From assembly GCF_009914755.1 (NCBI RefSeq), contig NC_060929.1: a stretch of 64,000 nucleotides of DNA; one strand, written 5' to 3'. This stretch comes from the human T2T-CHM13v2.0 reference genome, Homo sapiens. The translations under genes were made by a program, and so were the position numbers. Positions 15,791-32,204 of this stretch are shown in pieces; position 1 is the first letter of the stretch, and each line of letters opens with the position of its first letter. A model generated the notes under the pieces. The model did not search any database. It was not told the origin of the DNA and was given only the letters and a program-made list of their open reading frames with translations.

Positions 15791-16780
15791 CACACAAGCA
15801 AATAATAATTACTAAGTCTTCCTCCTTGCTAGACAATTACATCCCTCATCTTATCTAATCCTCATGAAGCAGATATTCTTCCCATTTTCAAATTTTCCAT
15901 TTTCACAATCAACTTGCCCAATATCACCTAGCTTGAAAGAGTGCGCTGGGAACTGGAACACAGACCTGAGCCGGTGCACACACTCTGCATGCAACACACT
16001 ACAAAGCATTCACTGAATGGGCACAATCCTATGGCTCGCGACGGCTACACGGAGTTTGTGGTAATCACAGCAACAATGAAAGACAAACTAAAACGGAGCT
16101 GATGATGTTAAGACTAGAGATGGATCTATATTGGGGAATACGGGAGACTTGGGGAGCAATTTCAAAAACATCTTAAAGACTCCCACTGAACAGCCATCCT
16201 AAAACAAATAAAGTCAGCTAGTATTTACTGGAAAATATGTTCATATAAAGACAGACCAAATGCACTCTGGGCAGTAAATACATATTTATCACTGATTTTT
16301 AACTCCTGTTTTTACATATTTTGTTTAATCTTCACAACCCCGAGAGATAGGAACCATCATCTTTCTTCATCATCATACTTTACCGAGAATCAGAAATTAA
16401 GCGATTCAGATGTAATTAAAAATCACTTTCCTTTCTCATAAAACAATTCAAGTAGTCATCAATGGTGTCAATAACCCAGAACTTGACTCATTAAGGGTTG
16501 CTGTGAGCATTTTCATGATTAAGTTCAATCTGCCATTTAAGCAGGCTGGTGCCTTTTTACCAAGACTTCCATCCCACCTCCCCATCACCCCCAAAAAGGT
16601 GAGTTTAATCACTTTGGTACATACTACAAGAACTGCACAACTTATTCTGAATTATTATTTGATAACTAGGAAAGTAACAAACTTGTCATAATACCCTTAA
16701 ATGAAGTGACTATTCTCTTTAAGTTAAAGTTTCATACTATGGCTGAGCGGCTAATAAAATATTTAAATGATGCCAATCTA

Positions 16781-17737
<957 letters not shown>

Positions 17738-17827
17738 TTAATATATAGTTCCGATAAAATGGTTTCTGTCTAGCTTAAAACATTAATAAGGGCAAAACAT
17801 GATTTTACCAAAAAGAATTAAGTTTAC

Positions 17828-17855
17828 CAGGCACTTCTGGTTGTCTTGAAGCCAT
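17828..17855 (-). CDS. KIAA1191: KIAA1191 first coding segment MASRQPEVP (exon 17828-17914)
   Basis: ATG at 17855; CCTG|gtaaac donor; acceptor ttattag| at 17915/17914. Confidence 0.9.
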
Positions 17856-18157
17856 TGAAAGACTGGGATCCAGGTGCTTTTTCTATACAGAATTCCGAGC
17901 TGAGTCCCTGCCACCTAATAAAATAACAAAGGGCATTTTCTTATGGTGAGCAGCACCAATGCTGTTCTTCTGGCAGGCACACAGAATTGAACGGCTTGTT
18001 TACAAGGTTGAAACACACATGCAAGAGCCAGTGGGTGACAAACATGCCAATGAAAAAAGAAGGATAAAGTCAAACGTCTCACCACACCTGTGGCTGATCT
18101 TAACACCTGTGAGATGACAGAGCTAAGATGCCATACATGGTGAAAAAGTCACCTTAC

Positions 18158-18265
18158 CACAGTGAAATGATGTGATGACTAAGCGGACAGACAGATGTTA
18201 ATGAGGAACATGGTCCAGCTGCTGCAAAGTAGCAAAGCTTCCCAGGAAGAGTCCATCCAGAGGTT
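18158..18265 (-). other. KIAA1191: KIAA1191 5'UTR exon (108 nt)
   Basis: gttgttattag|AAC ... GTG|gtaagg splice sites. Confidence 0.75.
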
Positions 18266-18392
18266 CTAATAACAACAAACAGCCAGCATTGGAACAGCCC
18301 GTCAGAGTCTGCCAAACACTTGTTTATTCCCCACAACAACCTTGCTCATTTCATTTTCTTAACTCACAGCAAGCGGCTAGATACTACAGTAG

Positions 18393-19288
<896 letters not shown>

Positions 19289-19399
19289 TTACAGGGGAGT
19301 TAAAACGAGGGCCTGAGAAAGTTACTCTTGTTTTTCAGCTTGCTACACCGTCCCTCTATCCCGATAGGACTCAGACAGAGCAAACAAGTTATTGATAGT

Positions 19400-20400
19400 T
19401 CTTCACTAACGAGCATCGCAAAGGCCGAATTCAGCCATCCTCCCAGTCCAGGGAGCATTCCCGCCCCAGACACGTCCCCTTCCCCTTTCCCTTTCCCTGT
19501 GCCCCCACCCCCCAGCTCACCGTCCCTCTGCCTCTCCTTCACAATATACAAGACGGTGCCGCCAGGATACGAAAGGCCGGCTGCTTCACCCACCCCTCCA
19601 GGCTAAGATTAGGGCCAGGACCCTAGCCGAAGGCGGGGTGTGGGGAGATGAGGTTGAGGACAAGCCGCGGGGGCTCGGGCTGGGCTGGTCCCACGAAGCG
19701 GAGGGGAAGCCCGTACGGGAGCTGCAGGGCATTCCCGGAGAGAAGCCCCATTACGGAGACCCCAGAGAGCGGAGCCAGGGAGGCAAGAGGCGACCCAGCC
19801 GAGCTCGAAGCCGGGATGAAGGGTTAAGAGGTGCGGGGAGAGGGGAGTGGCTTGGAGGGGCCCCGAGATCGGGCCTCGCCGGAAGCGCCCCTCCTGATCG
19901 CCAGAGAACGCAGCCCCAAGGGAGGGCCCAGGCCCGCCATCTGTTCACCTGTGATCCTGCTGCCGCGGGACTGCCTGCGGCCCGGAGTCCGGCACTAAAA
20001 AGGTTCCGAGGGCCCACGTCTCCCGAGAGGCTGTGGCGCAGTCTGGACCCAAGCCATTGTGAGAGCGGCGGCGATTTCGAAGGTCCCCAAGACCCACTAG
20101 GTAGCAGTACCACCCAGCGGGCAGGCAGCACTGCAGATAAAGCCTCCGGAGACCGCGGGATCTCGCGCGAGACTTGGCCCAGCGGAGCACAGGGCATGCT
20201 GGGAGTTGTTGTCCACGATCGCGAGACCCGCCCCCTCCCCACGCCCTTCGCCGCCCAGCGAGTCGTGGAGCCGCAGCTCCGAGTGTGGAATCCGCCAGCC
20301 CCGAGAGGAAACGCCACACTTCACCACCACTTCCTCAGCGCGTGTGCTGTGCCTGGGTCCGTGACAAGCTAAGGGAAGACGGAGGTAGCATAGTAAAATG
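19400..20400 (-). promoter_or_regulatory. KIAA1191: KIAA1191 CpG-island promoter with a ZNF143/THAP11-type motif (20192-20214) and a TCTCGCGCGAGA palindrome (20161-20172, BANP/CGCG-like)
   Basis: high CpG density; gggcatgctgggagttgttgtcc is the reverse complement of an ACAACAACTCCCAGCATGC SBS-like motif. Confidence 0.8.
19949..20160 (-). other. KIAA1191: KIAA1191 non-coding exon 1 (5' end approximate)
   Basis: donor CAG|gtgaac at 19949/19948 inside the CpG island. Confidence 0.7.
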
Positions 20401-21347
20401 ACACCCACAAACCCAAGCCCTCAAGGCTCAAAAAGGGCTGCCAAGTGCGAGCACTTGTCATCCTGTTTTTCCCACTTCACGGAGGTGAAGCTGAGACTGG
20501 GAGAGATGAGAAGTCACTTCGATTAGCAAGCGGTGCAGTGAGCACGGACTGTCTCCCAAAACAGCGGGGTTAGGCAGGGTTCGTACTAGTAGCTGAACCA
20601 AAAAAGGGAACCGACCTCACCTGCCTCCCCTAGGGAAGGCGATCCTAATATCATTTCTCTTTTACATAAAGGAGAGTGAGGCTTAGAGGCGCCAGCTGAG
20701 GTGTCAGTCACATCCTGAAGGAAGACTTCTCTTATCCCTGAAGGGTTCACAAAGAAGGCGAAGCAACGAAGTTACAGCAGAATTTGCAAAAATCTATCCA
20801 CGTTTCTACCCCAGTCCAAAGCTCGCCATCAAAACTCATCTCAGGAGAGCTATGATTGGTGGTGCAGGGTGAATGTCACATTTAGATTTCAGCATTTGAG
20901 GCTTCCAGCCGTACTGGCAGAACTGAGAGGCCTTGCTCATGCGACTTGAAACTTAAGCGCTGTTTCCAGACCAGGGTGCTTGAGTGCACTAAGAATTAAA
21001 GTCTTTGATGAATTCTATAATTAGCTTATCAACAGCACAATTACATTGCAGTATAATTGTGTGTATATGTGTGCGTGCGTGTGTGTGTTAAAGGTGTTCC
21101 TTTGTTAATTTGGAGCTTTTAAAATATGCCATATTTTTTAACCTCTGTGGAAGCAAAGCTGGCACCTTGCTCTTTATCCACCACAGGAAGGGATGTATAT
21201 CACCTCTCAGTCAGAAAAGGAAGAAATAGCACTTTGCACCCTTATGTAGATCATAAGGTGGGATCATCTCATTTATTTCTTAGCCACAAATACATGAAAA
21301 CTTAAGACTTTCCTGGAAGTTACTATTTGATTAAAACAACTTTTTCT

Positions 21348-22045
21348 GGCTGGGCACGGTGGTTCAGGCCTGTAATCCCAACACTTTCAGAGGCTGAGGC
21401 GTTCGAGACCATCCTGGCCAACACGGCGAAACCCCGTCTCTACTAAAATACAAAAATCAGCCAGGCGTAGTGACAGGTGCCTGTAATCCCAGCTATTCTG
21501 GAGACTGAGGCAGGAGAATCTCTTGAACCTGGGAGACGGAGGCTGCAGTCTGCCTTGTCCTAGGTACCCCCAGTGACTGCCAAGGCTTCCACGTGTGTAG
21601 CACGAGGAGGAAGAACAGGAGAAACGACCTGAGTACAGCAGTCGGGTTCTTTTGGCTCTCCAGAGGGGTGACGCCATGTACGGCTGGCTGTAGGGTACAT
21701 GGGTCGAGAGACCGCCTGTGGCTCTCAGGGCCCAGCAGGGCTACCTCTTCCCCTTTATATTGTCTCAACTCTTCACCTCCTTTTAGTTCGCGATTCCTCT
21801 GTACCCCTGGCTCTGGGTCCCAGCCCCTATTCCTTCTGATTTGTCCCCCTTTCCCTTTGACTACATATATATGCTCCTCTCCTCCCAGATAGTGATGTTT
21901 TAGCTACATCTTATTTCTTCCGGCATTGATTCTTTTGAAAAATTTATTTCTGGCTGGGTGTGGTGGCTCATGCCTGTAATCCCAGCACTTTGGGAGGCCT
22001 GAGATCACACTACTGCACTCCAGCCTGGGCTACAGAGTGAGACTC
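21348..22045 (+). mobile_element. Alu split in two (21348-21549 and 22000-22045) by a 450-bp insertion
   Basis: ...ggaggctgcagt|insert|tgagatcacactactgcactccagcctggg...aaaa continues the Alu consensus. Confidence 0.85.
21550..21999. repeat. Left arm of 450-bp inverted repeat
   Basis: reverse complement of 22809-23258 with 2 mismatches and no indels (checked base by base). Confidence 0.97.
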
Positions 22046-22164
22046 CATCTCAAAAAAAAAAAAAACTTTATCCCTGATATTTGTGGTACCAATGTCTGAA
22101 GCTGTCATGGTCTTGGTGCATAGCACCTATGTGAGAGCACCTATTTCTTTTCCACAAATAATAG

Positions 22165-23258
<1,094 letters not shown>

Positions 23259-23910
23259 TCAGCCCTAAACATTCTGAAGTCCTGACACTGCTTAATTCAG
23301 CCTGACCAGGACCCCAGCAAAACCCCTGTGGTCCGGGAGGCAGCGAAAGAAGGCTAGAGGTGGCGGGGAGCCACGGACCTGGGTTCTATTCCTGCCTCTG
23401 CCACCCCACTGCCGTGTGATATCGGGCGTCTTGCTTCAATTTCCTCCCGAGGTCTTGAGGGATGACCGGGAGACAGATCGCTTGGGTTTGAACGCAGGCT
23501 ACACCAAAGCACTACGATGCGGCGTTGGGCGGGTTACTTAACTCCTGGGCCTCGGTTTTCCCTTCTGCGTGGTATCATTGTAAGGGGTAACGGAGAAAAG
23601 CCGTGAGCTAACCCCTGGTGGATGCTAGCAAGCACCGCCGTCTCCCGTCCTCCCCAGGCACAGCCTCTCCTTCCTCCACCCTGCACCTGGCAGGGGGACC
23701 GGAGGTCCCCGCGCGCCGGCCAGCGCCCCACCACCCACGCCGCCGGGTCCCGGGCGGCCTGCCGTGACAGCGGCAGTGCATTGTGGGGCTTGTAGTGCGG
23801 GACTGGGTCTGGGTGGGTGGGCGCGGCCGCAGCAGTCGCAGCGGGGCCATCTTCGGCGGGCGAGTGGGCTCGGCCTGTGCAACCCGCACCTGCGTCCCTC
23901 GCCCGGCCCG

Positions 23911-24093
23911 ATGGCGCCGCGGCCGCTGGGCCCCTTGGTGCTGGCGCTCGGCGGCGCCGCGGCGGTGCTGGGCTCGGTGCTCTTCATCCTCTGGAAGACC
24001 TACTTCGGCCGCGGCCGAGAGCGGCGCTGGGACCGGGGAGAGGCCTGGTGGGGCGCGGAGGCTGCCCGCCTCCCCGAGTGGGACGAGTGGGAC
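23911..24093 (+). CDS. ARL10: ARL10 exon 1: MAPRPLGPLVLALGGAAAVLGSVLFILWKTYFG...EWDEWD (N-terminal hydrophobic anchor)
   Basis: ATG 23911; GAC|gtgagt; the 4 exons sum to 735 nt = 244 aa + stop. Confidence 0.95.
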
Positions 24094-24726
24094 GTGAGTG
24101 CCGGGCCGAGGCCTGCGGAAGGGCGGGCAGGCTGGGCTGCGACTCCGCGCATGTGGCCAAGGGGTGTGACCACGGAACGGCCCTGCTGGTGCCGGGAGCT
24201 TGGGGGGTCGAGGGCTTGGCAGCCGCAGCGCACAGGCCCCGCGCGGGTGGGCGGTCAGAGCCCGGGAACCGAGGAACGGGTGGGTGTGCTTGGGTGCGTG
24301 CGGCGCCTTGGCGCCACGCCGTCGCTCCACGCCATGAGGCTCGGGTGTTCCAGCGGGGGCCGGAGTTTGGAGGGCGCGGCTCGGGAGCATCCCGGGGCCC
24401 AGCCGGGTCGGCTCGCGCCCCTCCGGCGCCTGCGCGGTGCACCCCGCCCGGGGGTGGGGATGTCGGGAGAAACCCCATCCCCTCCCGCCTGCGGTCGGGA
24501 CTCCGAGACCGGTGGAGGAAGCGGGGCGCGCGAGCGTTTAAGGAATTCGCCAAGGGTTTGGAATTCAGGACTGCAAAGGCGGCGTTCGTCCCACTCATCC
24601 AGACCATGCCTGCCTGTCCCAGGACGGGTGGAAGGCGGGCCTGGGCCCTCTGGTGCCTTCGGTCTTCCCTCGGGAAAGGTCCTTCGGGAGGCCGCCAGCC
24701 GCAACCTTACCTCCGCTTCCCCGCAG

Positions 24727-24928
24727 CCCGAGGACGAGGAGGACGAGGAGCCGGCGCTGGAGGAGCTGGAACAGCGCGAGGTGCTGGTGCTGGGGCTGGA
24801 TGGCGCAGGCAAGAGCACGTTCCTGCGCGTGTTGTCGGGGAAGCCACCGCTGGAAGGCCACATCCCCACCTGGGGCTTCAACTCCGTGCGTCTGCCCACC
24901 AAGGACTTTGAGGTGGACCTGCTAGAAA
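24727..24928 (+). CDS. ARL10: ARL10 exon 2: P-loop GLDGAGKS, switch I PTWGFN
   Basis: ccccgcag|CCC ... GAAA|gtgagc; ARF-family motifs. Confidence 0.95.
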
Positions 24929-25232
24929 GTGAGCGGACACCCTACCCCATCTCCCCGTCTCCTCTACTGGACCAGTCCTGGATTCTCTGCAGGGAAGGGG
25001 GCTTCCAAAATGCATGTCTAAGCAGCACATTCCCCTCTACGAATCCTTCCCACCGCTCTCTGGGGCACAGGATTCAGCCCACGCTCTGTGCTCTGACATT
25101 TAGGGCCCTTCGTGATCGGGCCTCTCCAGCTGCACCGCCTGCCCCATCACCCCTACCAAAGTCGATAGGCCTAACACAGAGATACTAACAGCTAAGGGTT
25201 CATATGCCAAGCACTTGACGGGCATTGCTTAA

Positions 25233-25705
<473 letters not shown>

Positions 25706-26292
25706 TGGCAGTGGGCAGTGGCACACCCTCCTCCACTATTGCCTGTCTGGCCCAAACTAGTGTCATCTTTCCTCTCAGCACCACAGCCTCCTCTTTGGTC
25801 TTCCTGCTTCCCCTTCTGTCCCTAGTGTCAGCTAGAGAAAACCCATGTCAGGTAATGTCACTCTTGCTTAAAGCCCTTGGGGGGCTCCCCACCCCCTCAC
25901 TGTGGTCTTTGGCCCCATGTGGCCCGCCCCAGCCAGCCTCACAGCCATCTCTTTCTCCTTCTTGCAGTGCCTCAGCACCCCAGCCTTCTTTCTGTTTCCC
26001 AGACACTTCCAGCATGCTCTCCCCTCTGTCTGGAATGCTTTCCTCTGCCTCTTCCCATGGCTGGCTCCTTCTCATCATCCCACTCAGCTCACATGCCACT
26101 TCCTTGATGAGACCTACCCAGACCACCCAATCCAGGGCCAACCCCTGTTCCACCTCAGCCACTTTCCCTTTTTTCTGTTTTATTTCTTTCCTTTTTGAAA
26201 TGTGTTGATGTCATTGCCATGTCCTTCCCAGTTAGGGAGGGAGCTCCTTGGTGCAGGGCCCCTGCTTGCCTTGCTCACCTCTGTATCTGCAG

Positions 26293-26378
26293 CACCCAGA
26301 TCAGTGCTTGGCACCTAGCAAGCACTCAGTAAATATTTGTTGAGTGCCTGCTATGTGCCAGGCATTGTGCTGAGGGCT
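26293..26378 (+). ncRNA. MIR1271: pre-miR-1271 (5p CUUGGCACCUAGCAAGCACUCA 26307-26328; 3p AGUGCCUGCUAUGUGCCAGGCA 26343-26364)
   Basis: hairpin sequence recognised from memory of hsa-mir-1271; the arms are self-complementary; lies in ARL10 intron 2. Confidence 0.92.
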
Positions 26379-27010
26379 TTGTGGGGATTCAGAGGTAAGT
26401 GCCTCTGACTCTCACAGCTTAGAATCCTCAAGTGTCAGAAACATAGCCAGAAACACTAGGGTGCGGGGTGACCAATGGGACTGTGCAGAGGAGCAGAGAG
26501 GAAAAGAAAGGTGATCCAGGCTGGGGGACTGTGTTGGCAACCATGTGTTCATAGGATGAAATATGACATTTCCAAGGGAAAAGAAGGGGATGGGGGAAAC
26601 TGAATGGAGAATGGCTGTGTATAGGCAGGGCAGGGGGTCCTGAGTTTTCTAGACAATAGGACTCCTGGCTCCTGTCACAGCCATCACTGACAGTTTTGAA
26701 CCTGTAGGAGAAAGCTAGGAATTAGCAAGAGGCAAAGCCAGACAACCCAGGGGAGAGAACTGAAGACTTCCATTTACTGAGCACCTGTGTGTCAGTCCCG
26801 TGAAAGGTACATCGCACGTGGTACCTGTGGGTTTTACTGCAACAACCCGTTAGGAAAGTTCAGTGAGGAGACTGGTGCTTAAAGCTAGGGACTTGCCCCA
26901 AGAGACCCGCCTATCAGAGCTAGAGCTAAATCCAGTCTGAGTAGCTGCGGAAACTGCGGTCTTTTCCTTGCCCCCGGCTGGTGGAAGCTCACTAAGCTAG
27001 AAGCAGGGTA

Positions 27011-27121
27011 GGGTGGGGGCTGTGGGCAGTGAGCGGGGGCCCGGGGTGGGGTGGGGGCTGTGGGCAGTGAGCGGGGGCCCGGGGTGGGGTGGGGGCTGTG
27101 GGCAGTGAGCGGGGGCCCGGG
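27011..27121 (+). repeat. 38-bp G-rich tandem repeat, ~2.9 copies
   Basis: gggtgggggctgtgggcagtgagcgggggcccggggtg at 27011, 27049, 27087. Confidence 0.95.
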
Positions 27122-27153
27122 AGGCTCTGAGCTGGCCCCTGGCCTCTCCTCAG

Positions 27154-27329
27154 TTGGGGGCAGCCAGAACCTGCGCTTCTACTGGAAGGAGTTTGTGAGC
27201 GAGGTGGATGTGCTGGTGTTTGTGGTGGACTCGGCTGACCGACTGCGGCTGCCCTGGGCCCGACAGGAGCTGCACAAGCTGCTGGACAAGGACCCTGACC
27301 TGCCTGTCGTCGTGGTGGCCAACAAGCAG
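27154..27329 (+). CDS. ARL10: ARL10 exon 3: (I)[10 protein letters not shown]...VFVVDSADR...VANKQ
   Basis: ctctcctcag|TT ... CAG|gtgagg; 176 nt. Confidence 0.95.
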
Positions 27330-27543
27330 GTGAGGGCTGTGAGAGGGCAGCTCGGTCCAGGTGACATCCACTCAGAGATGCTTGGGCAGGGGCAAGGAGC
27401 GCTGCCTGGGCCCATGGCCTGGAGAGGGTGGCTGAGATGCTGCCCCCACCTCTTCTACCTATGCCCTGTCCTGATCCCTGCCTCTGTCTTCCTTCCTCTT
27501 TGCCTCCCTATCATCTCGTACTCTGGAGAGATGAGAAAAATAA

Positions 27544-28323
<780 letters not shown>

Positions 28324-29403
28324 TAGTGGAATTGGGACGTGTAATGCTAAAGCTGTACCTTTTCCACTCTGCTATGCCCTTGCAAATTCTGGCTCTAGAT
28401 CAGAGAGCTGAAGCTGGTAACTGATGAGAGGTAGAACAGGTTAAATAACAGCTAACATTTATTGTGTGCTTACGGTGTGCCATACATGTGGTAAGCACCT
28501 GACAATCATGACCTCACTTCCCTCTAAATACCTCGTGATAGGCCCTGCTGTTACACTAAATACCTGGAGTTGCAGCTGGCATGTGGCAAAGCCCAAACTT
28601 GAACTCAGATATTCTTCAAAGTTCCTCCTCTTAACCAGTGTGCTGTACCTCTCTTGGGTGCCAGAGAGTCGCCTTGGGCCCAGGAACCCTCAGTATCACA
28701 GACCTTGGGTCCCATTCTCAATATCAGGTGAAACTGCCAGAGTACAGAGTCTGATCATATTTCCTGTGGCCTAAACTCAGGTGCCTCTGAGAGCTGTGGG
28801 ACCTGTTTCCAACTTGACATGGAGAGAGACTGTATGTCTTCGACCTCAGATTCCCCAACCTATTAGGAAACATTTGACAATTATTTATAAATAGGGTGAC
28901 TGTATGTCCTTTTCTGTCCAAGACAGTCCCCATTTACGACTCTTGTTCTGGCACTATTAATAGTGCCCGCTCTGAGCCTCAGATTGCCCCAGTTTGGACC
29001 AGGAATCACATCATGTCCTATTTATAAACTAATTTATAGCAGTTTTGAACCTGTAGGAGACAACATCTAAGGTCCCAGCAGTCTCTGAATTGCTCCAGGA
29101 AGAATCATTTAAATCTTGGGCCAGGGTTGAAATTACAACATACCATCACCAGTCATGCTGTGTAGTGGTCCCTTGTTTTCTTCCAGCTAGTTTCTAGAGG
29201 TCTTGTCTGGAAGTGATCCTACTGTATCATCTCTCCATGACTGAGTTTAGGAAACTTGGTTATCAAACCAACCTGAGTTGGCACCTGGCTCTACCACCTA
29301 TCACTGTTACCTTAGCTCAATGATGTCACCTCCCTGAGCTACTTTTCTCATCAATTAAGTGTGGACTGTGAACATTAAATAAGCTGAAGTATATACGGGC
29401 CTA

Positions 29404-29735
<332 letters not shown>

Positions 29736-29846
29736 AGTGGCTAATGATGCAATGAAAAGAGGTTGGTACAAAGGAGAGCCCAGGGTGAGGGAGAGAGCAT
29801 TGAGTTTAGGCCAAGGGGTCCAGAGGCTACTTCTGGGAACTTGGGG

Positions 29847-29998
29847 CCTGATATTCCCGGGGATAGCCTAAGAACAGTGTGTTTCCTGATATTCCCGGGG
29901 ATAGCCTAAGAACAGTGTGTTTCCTGATATTCCCGGGGATAGCCTAAGAACAGTGTGTTTCCTGATATTCCCGGGGATAGCCTAAGAACAGTGTGTTT
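29847..29998 (+). repeat. Perfect 38-bp tandem repeat x4 (cctgatattcccggggatagcctaagaacagtgtgttt)
   Basis: identical units at 29847, 29885, 29923, 29961. Confidence 0.97.
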
Positions 29999-30069
29999 CA
30001 TGAACGACAAGGGTGTCAGTGTGTTAGGAAATGCTGCCAGCTGTGTTCGGACTTCTGTGTCTCACCCAG

Positions 30070-30243
30070 GACCTGAGCGAGGCCATGAGTATGGGGGAGC
30101 TGCAGCGGGAGCTGGGTCTACAGGCTATCGATAACCAGCGGGAGGTTTTCCTCTTGGCAGCCAGCATTGCCCCTGCAGGACCCACCTTTGAAGAGCCTGG
30201 CACCGTGCACATCTGGAAACTGCTCTTGGAGCTCCTCTCCTAG
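30070..30243 (+). CDS. ARL10: ARL10 exon 4 coding part: [17 protein letters not shown]...WKLLLELLS*
   Basis: ctcacccag|GAC; TAG 30241-30243; completes the NKQD G4 motif. Confidence 0.95.
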
Positions 30244-32204
30244 GCTGGAGCTCTCCTGCTTGCCACCTGCCTGTCAAGACCATAGTTGTACTGCTGCTGC
30301 TTCATTGCCAGACTGGGCCTGGGGCAAGAGCCACATGGCAGCATTTCCCTTTTCCCCTCCTTTGCCTTTCAAGAGCAGGGCCTGGGCAAGGCCAAGAACC
30401 ATGCAGAAGCCTTCCTGGTGAGGTGGCCGTGAAGCCGAAGCAGGGAGGTGGGTGAGACAGAGGGTGGGGAGGATAGTGTCTGGCTCATTCCAGGCTGGAA
30501 TGTGGATCCAGCTTTCCCTTCTCTTACCTGTACAGTGAGATGCTCAGTGGGCTCAATCCTCCACTACAGGTCCCGGTACCTGAGGAACCAGTGTAGGTGT
30601 CAGAAATACTCCTAGAGCCTCAAGGTCTCCCAGTCCAGAAACAGTCTGGTGACGTCATGCCCTTCTCATGTGGGCAGCTTCTGAGTGGTGACACAGCAAG
30701 CCTTTGTTCCTGTCCTGCATTGTCCAGCCCCAGCTCCACCTAAGTGACTTGTGGCCTTGTGCAATCTCTGCCTCTCTGACCCCAGGGCCATTATTTTTAA
30801 AGGGAGGTGGTTTCCTAATTCGGAGATGCCTTTCCCAGCCATGGGAGTGTGAAGTGCTAGGATGAACCTGGCCATCCTAGCAAGGAGCTTTCTGAAGACC
30901 TCCCTGCCTTTCCCTGAGCCCAGGCCTGGCCTGCCAGCCTCTCTTGACTACAGAATAACTGATATTCACCCACCAAACAGAAAAAGTGAAGGCTGGGTTT
31001 TTCCCCTCTAATCTGGAGACAAGCTGCTGCTCTCGTACTAACTGTGCCAGTGCCCATGTTTACAGAAGTCAGGGGAAGGAAGGAGCCTGTGTCCCTGGGA
31101 CGACAGTCAACTGGAGCTAGGTGTTGACCTCAGAACTGCATTTTATTTATTAATTTATAAGCAGAACAGGCCAGAGTTCTAGGCTCTGTTTCTAGGTGCT
31201 GTTTTCAAAACCCCAGATGACAGTCATAGAAAATTTGGAACTTAGGAAAATAGCTGGAATCATGAATGACAATGAGATAACATACAGATGTCAGTGGAGA
31301 CAAAGTTGTGGGTTCCTCCTCCCACCTGGCTTTGAGGCTGTCGTCGATATCATAGTACTTTACATGGATTCACATGAACTGAAACGCCACCACTTGGCCC
31401 AGGATGTTGAAAGGGTGCAAATTCCTTCTGGGTAGATAAGAAATGACTCTGGGAGAGGATTTCCCTTATGTGAATCTAGGTAAAAAGATGGAAAAAAATT
31501 GTATTATGTGATCCTAAGGACAGGAATAGCAGACCAGCCAACGGGATGGCCTTGGGTACATCACTCAGCCTTTCTGGACCCAATTTTTCCCCAGTGAAAG
31601 CCAAGTTGGACTGAATTTCTGGAGTTCTCATCAGTGCACATTCCATAGTTCTCCAGTGCTTGGCGATCAGCCCAATTGAAGGACTGGCTCTGTACTGACA
31701 CTTATTATCGGTACAGGCAAAGAGGAGCCTGTTGTCTGTTAGGGACCACTAAATCAACAACCACAAATGGATTTTTTTTTTAAGAGGAGCTGTGCACCTC
31801 AATTTGCTGTCTAGTTGAGAATAGAGATTGTGTGCCTTCATTTCATTTGACATTTACCCAGCATGCCTCAGTTCCACACCGTGACCAGTGTAAGAAGAGG
31901 AACTATGATAAAAACAGTTCAACAAGCCGCAAGGAGGGTGGGAAATTCTGAAGTCCAGAAGCGAGTGTGATCTTTGGAATAGTGGCTGCTGTGCCCTTGG
32001 GCGCCATTTGAAGAATCACTGTTCTTGAAAGTGCTGGTTCACTTTCTGCAGTAAGAAGTGATTTATGGGCTTTTATGTAAAATTTTAAGAATGACTTGGG
32101 TTTCAGAGTAGCCTTTGAAACTTTGCTGGCAGCTTTTCATTTTGTCATTGGAAGGCTAAGAGACTTTTCTCCTTTGTTCTATGAACTCCTTGTTCTTCAG
32201 GGCT

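Larger units (their letters stand above)
23300..24950 (+). promoter_or_regulatory. ARL10: ARL10 CpG island/promoter with a ZNF143-type motif (23776-23797) and YY1-like GCCATCTT (23846-23853)
   Basis: very high GC/CpG; gtgcattgtggggcttgtagtg is the reverse complement of ACTACAAGCCCCACAATGCAC. Confidence 0.8.

Noticed and set aside
19638-20372. Long ORFs over the KIAA1191 CpG island (244 aa +, 188 aa -)
   Set aside because: Non-ATG starts, low-complexity R/G/P/A composition and several frames open at once, as expected for GC-rich DNA.
23608-24911. Overlapping 200-360 aa ORFs in other frames over ARL10 exons 1-2
   Set aside because: GC-driven stop depletion with no recognisable domain. Only the ARL10 frame has protein motifs.
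29847-29998. Regularly spaced 38-bp repeats with an internal palindrome, superficially CRISPR-like
   Set aside because: Units are directly adjacent with no unique spacers, there are no cas genes, and the context is a eukaryotic intron. It is a minisatellite.
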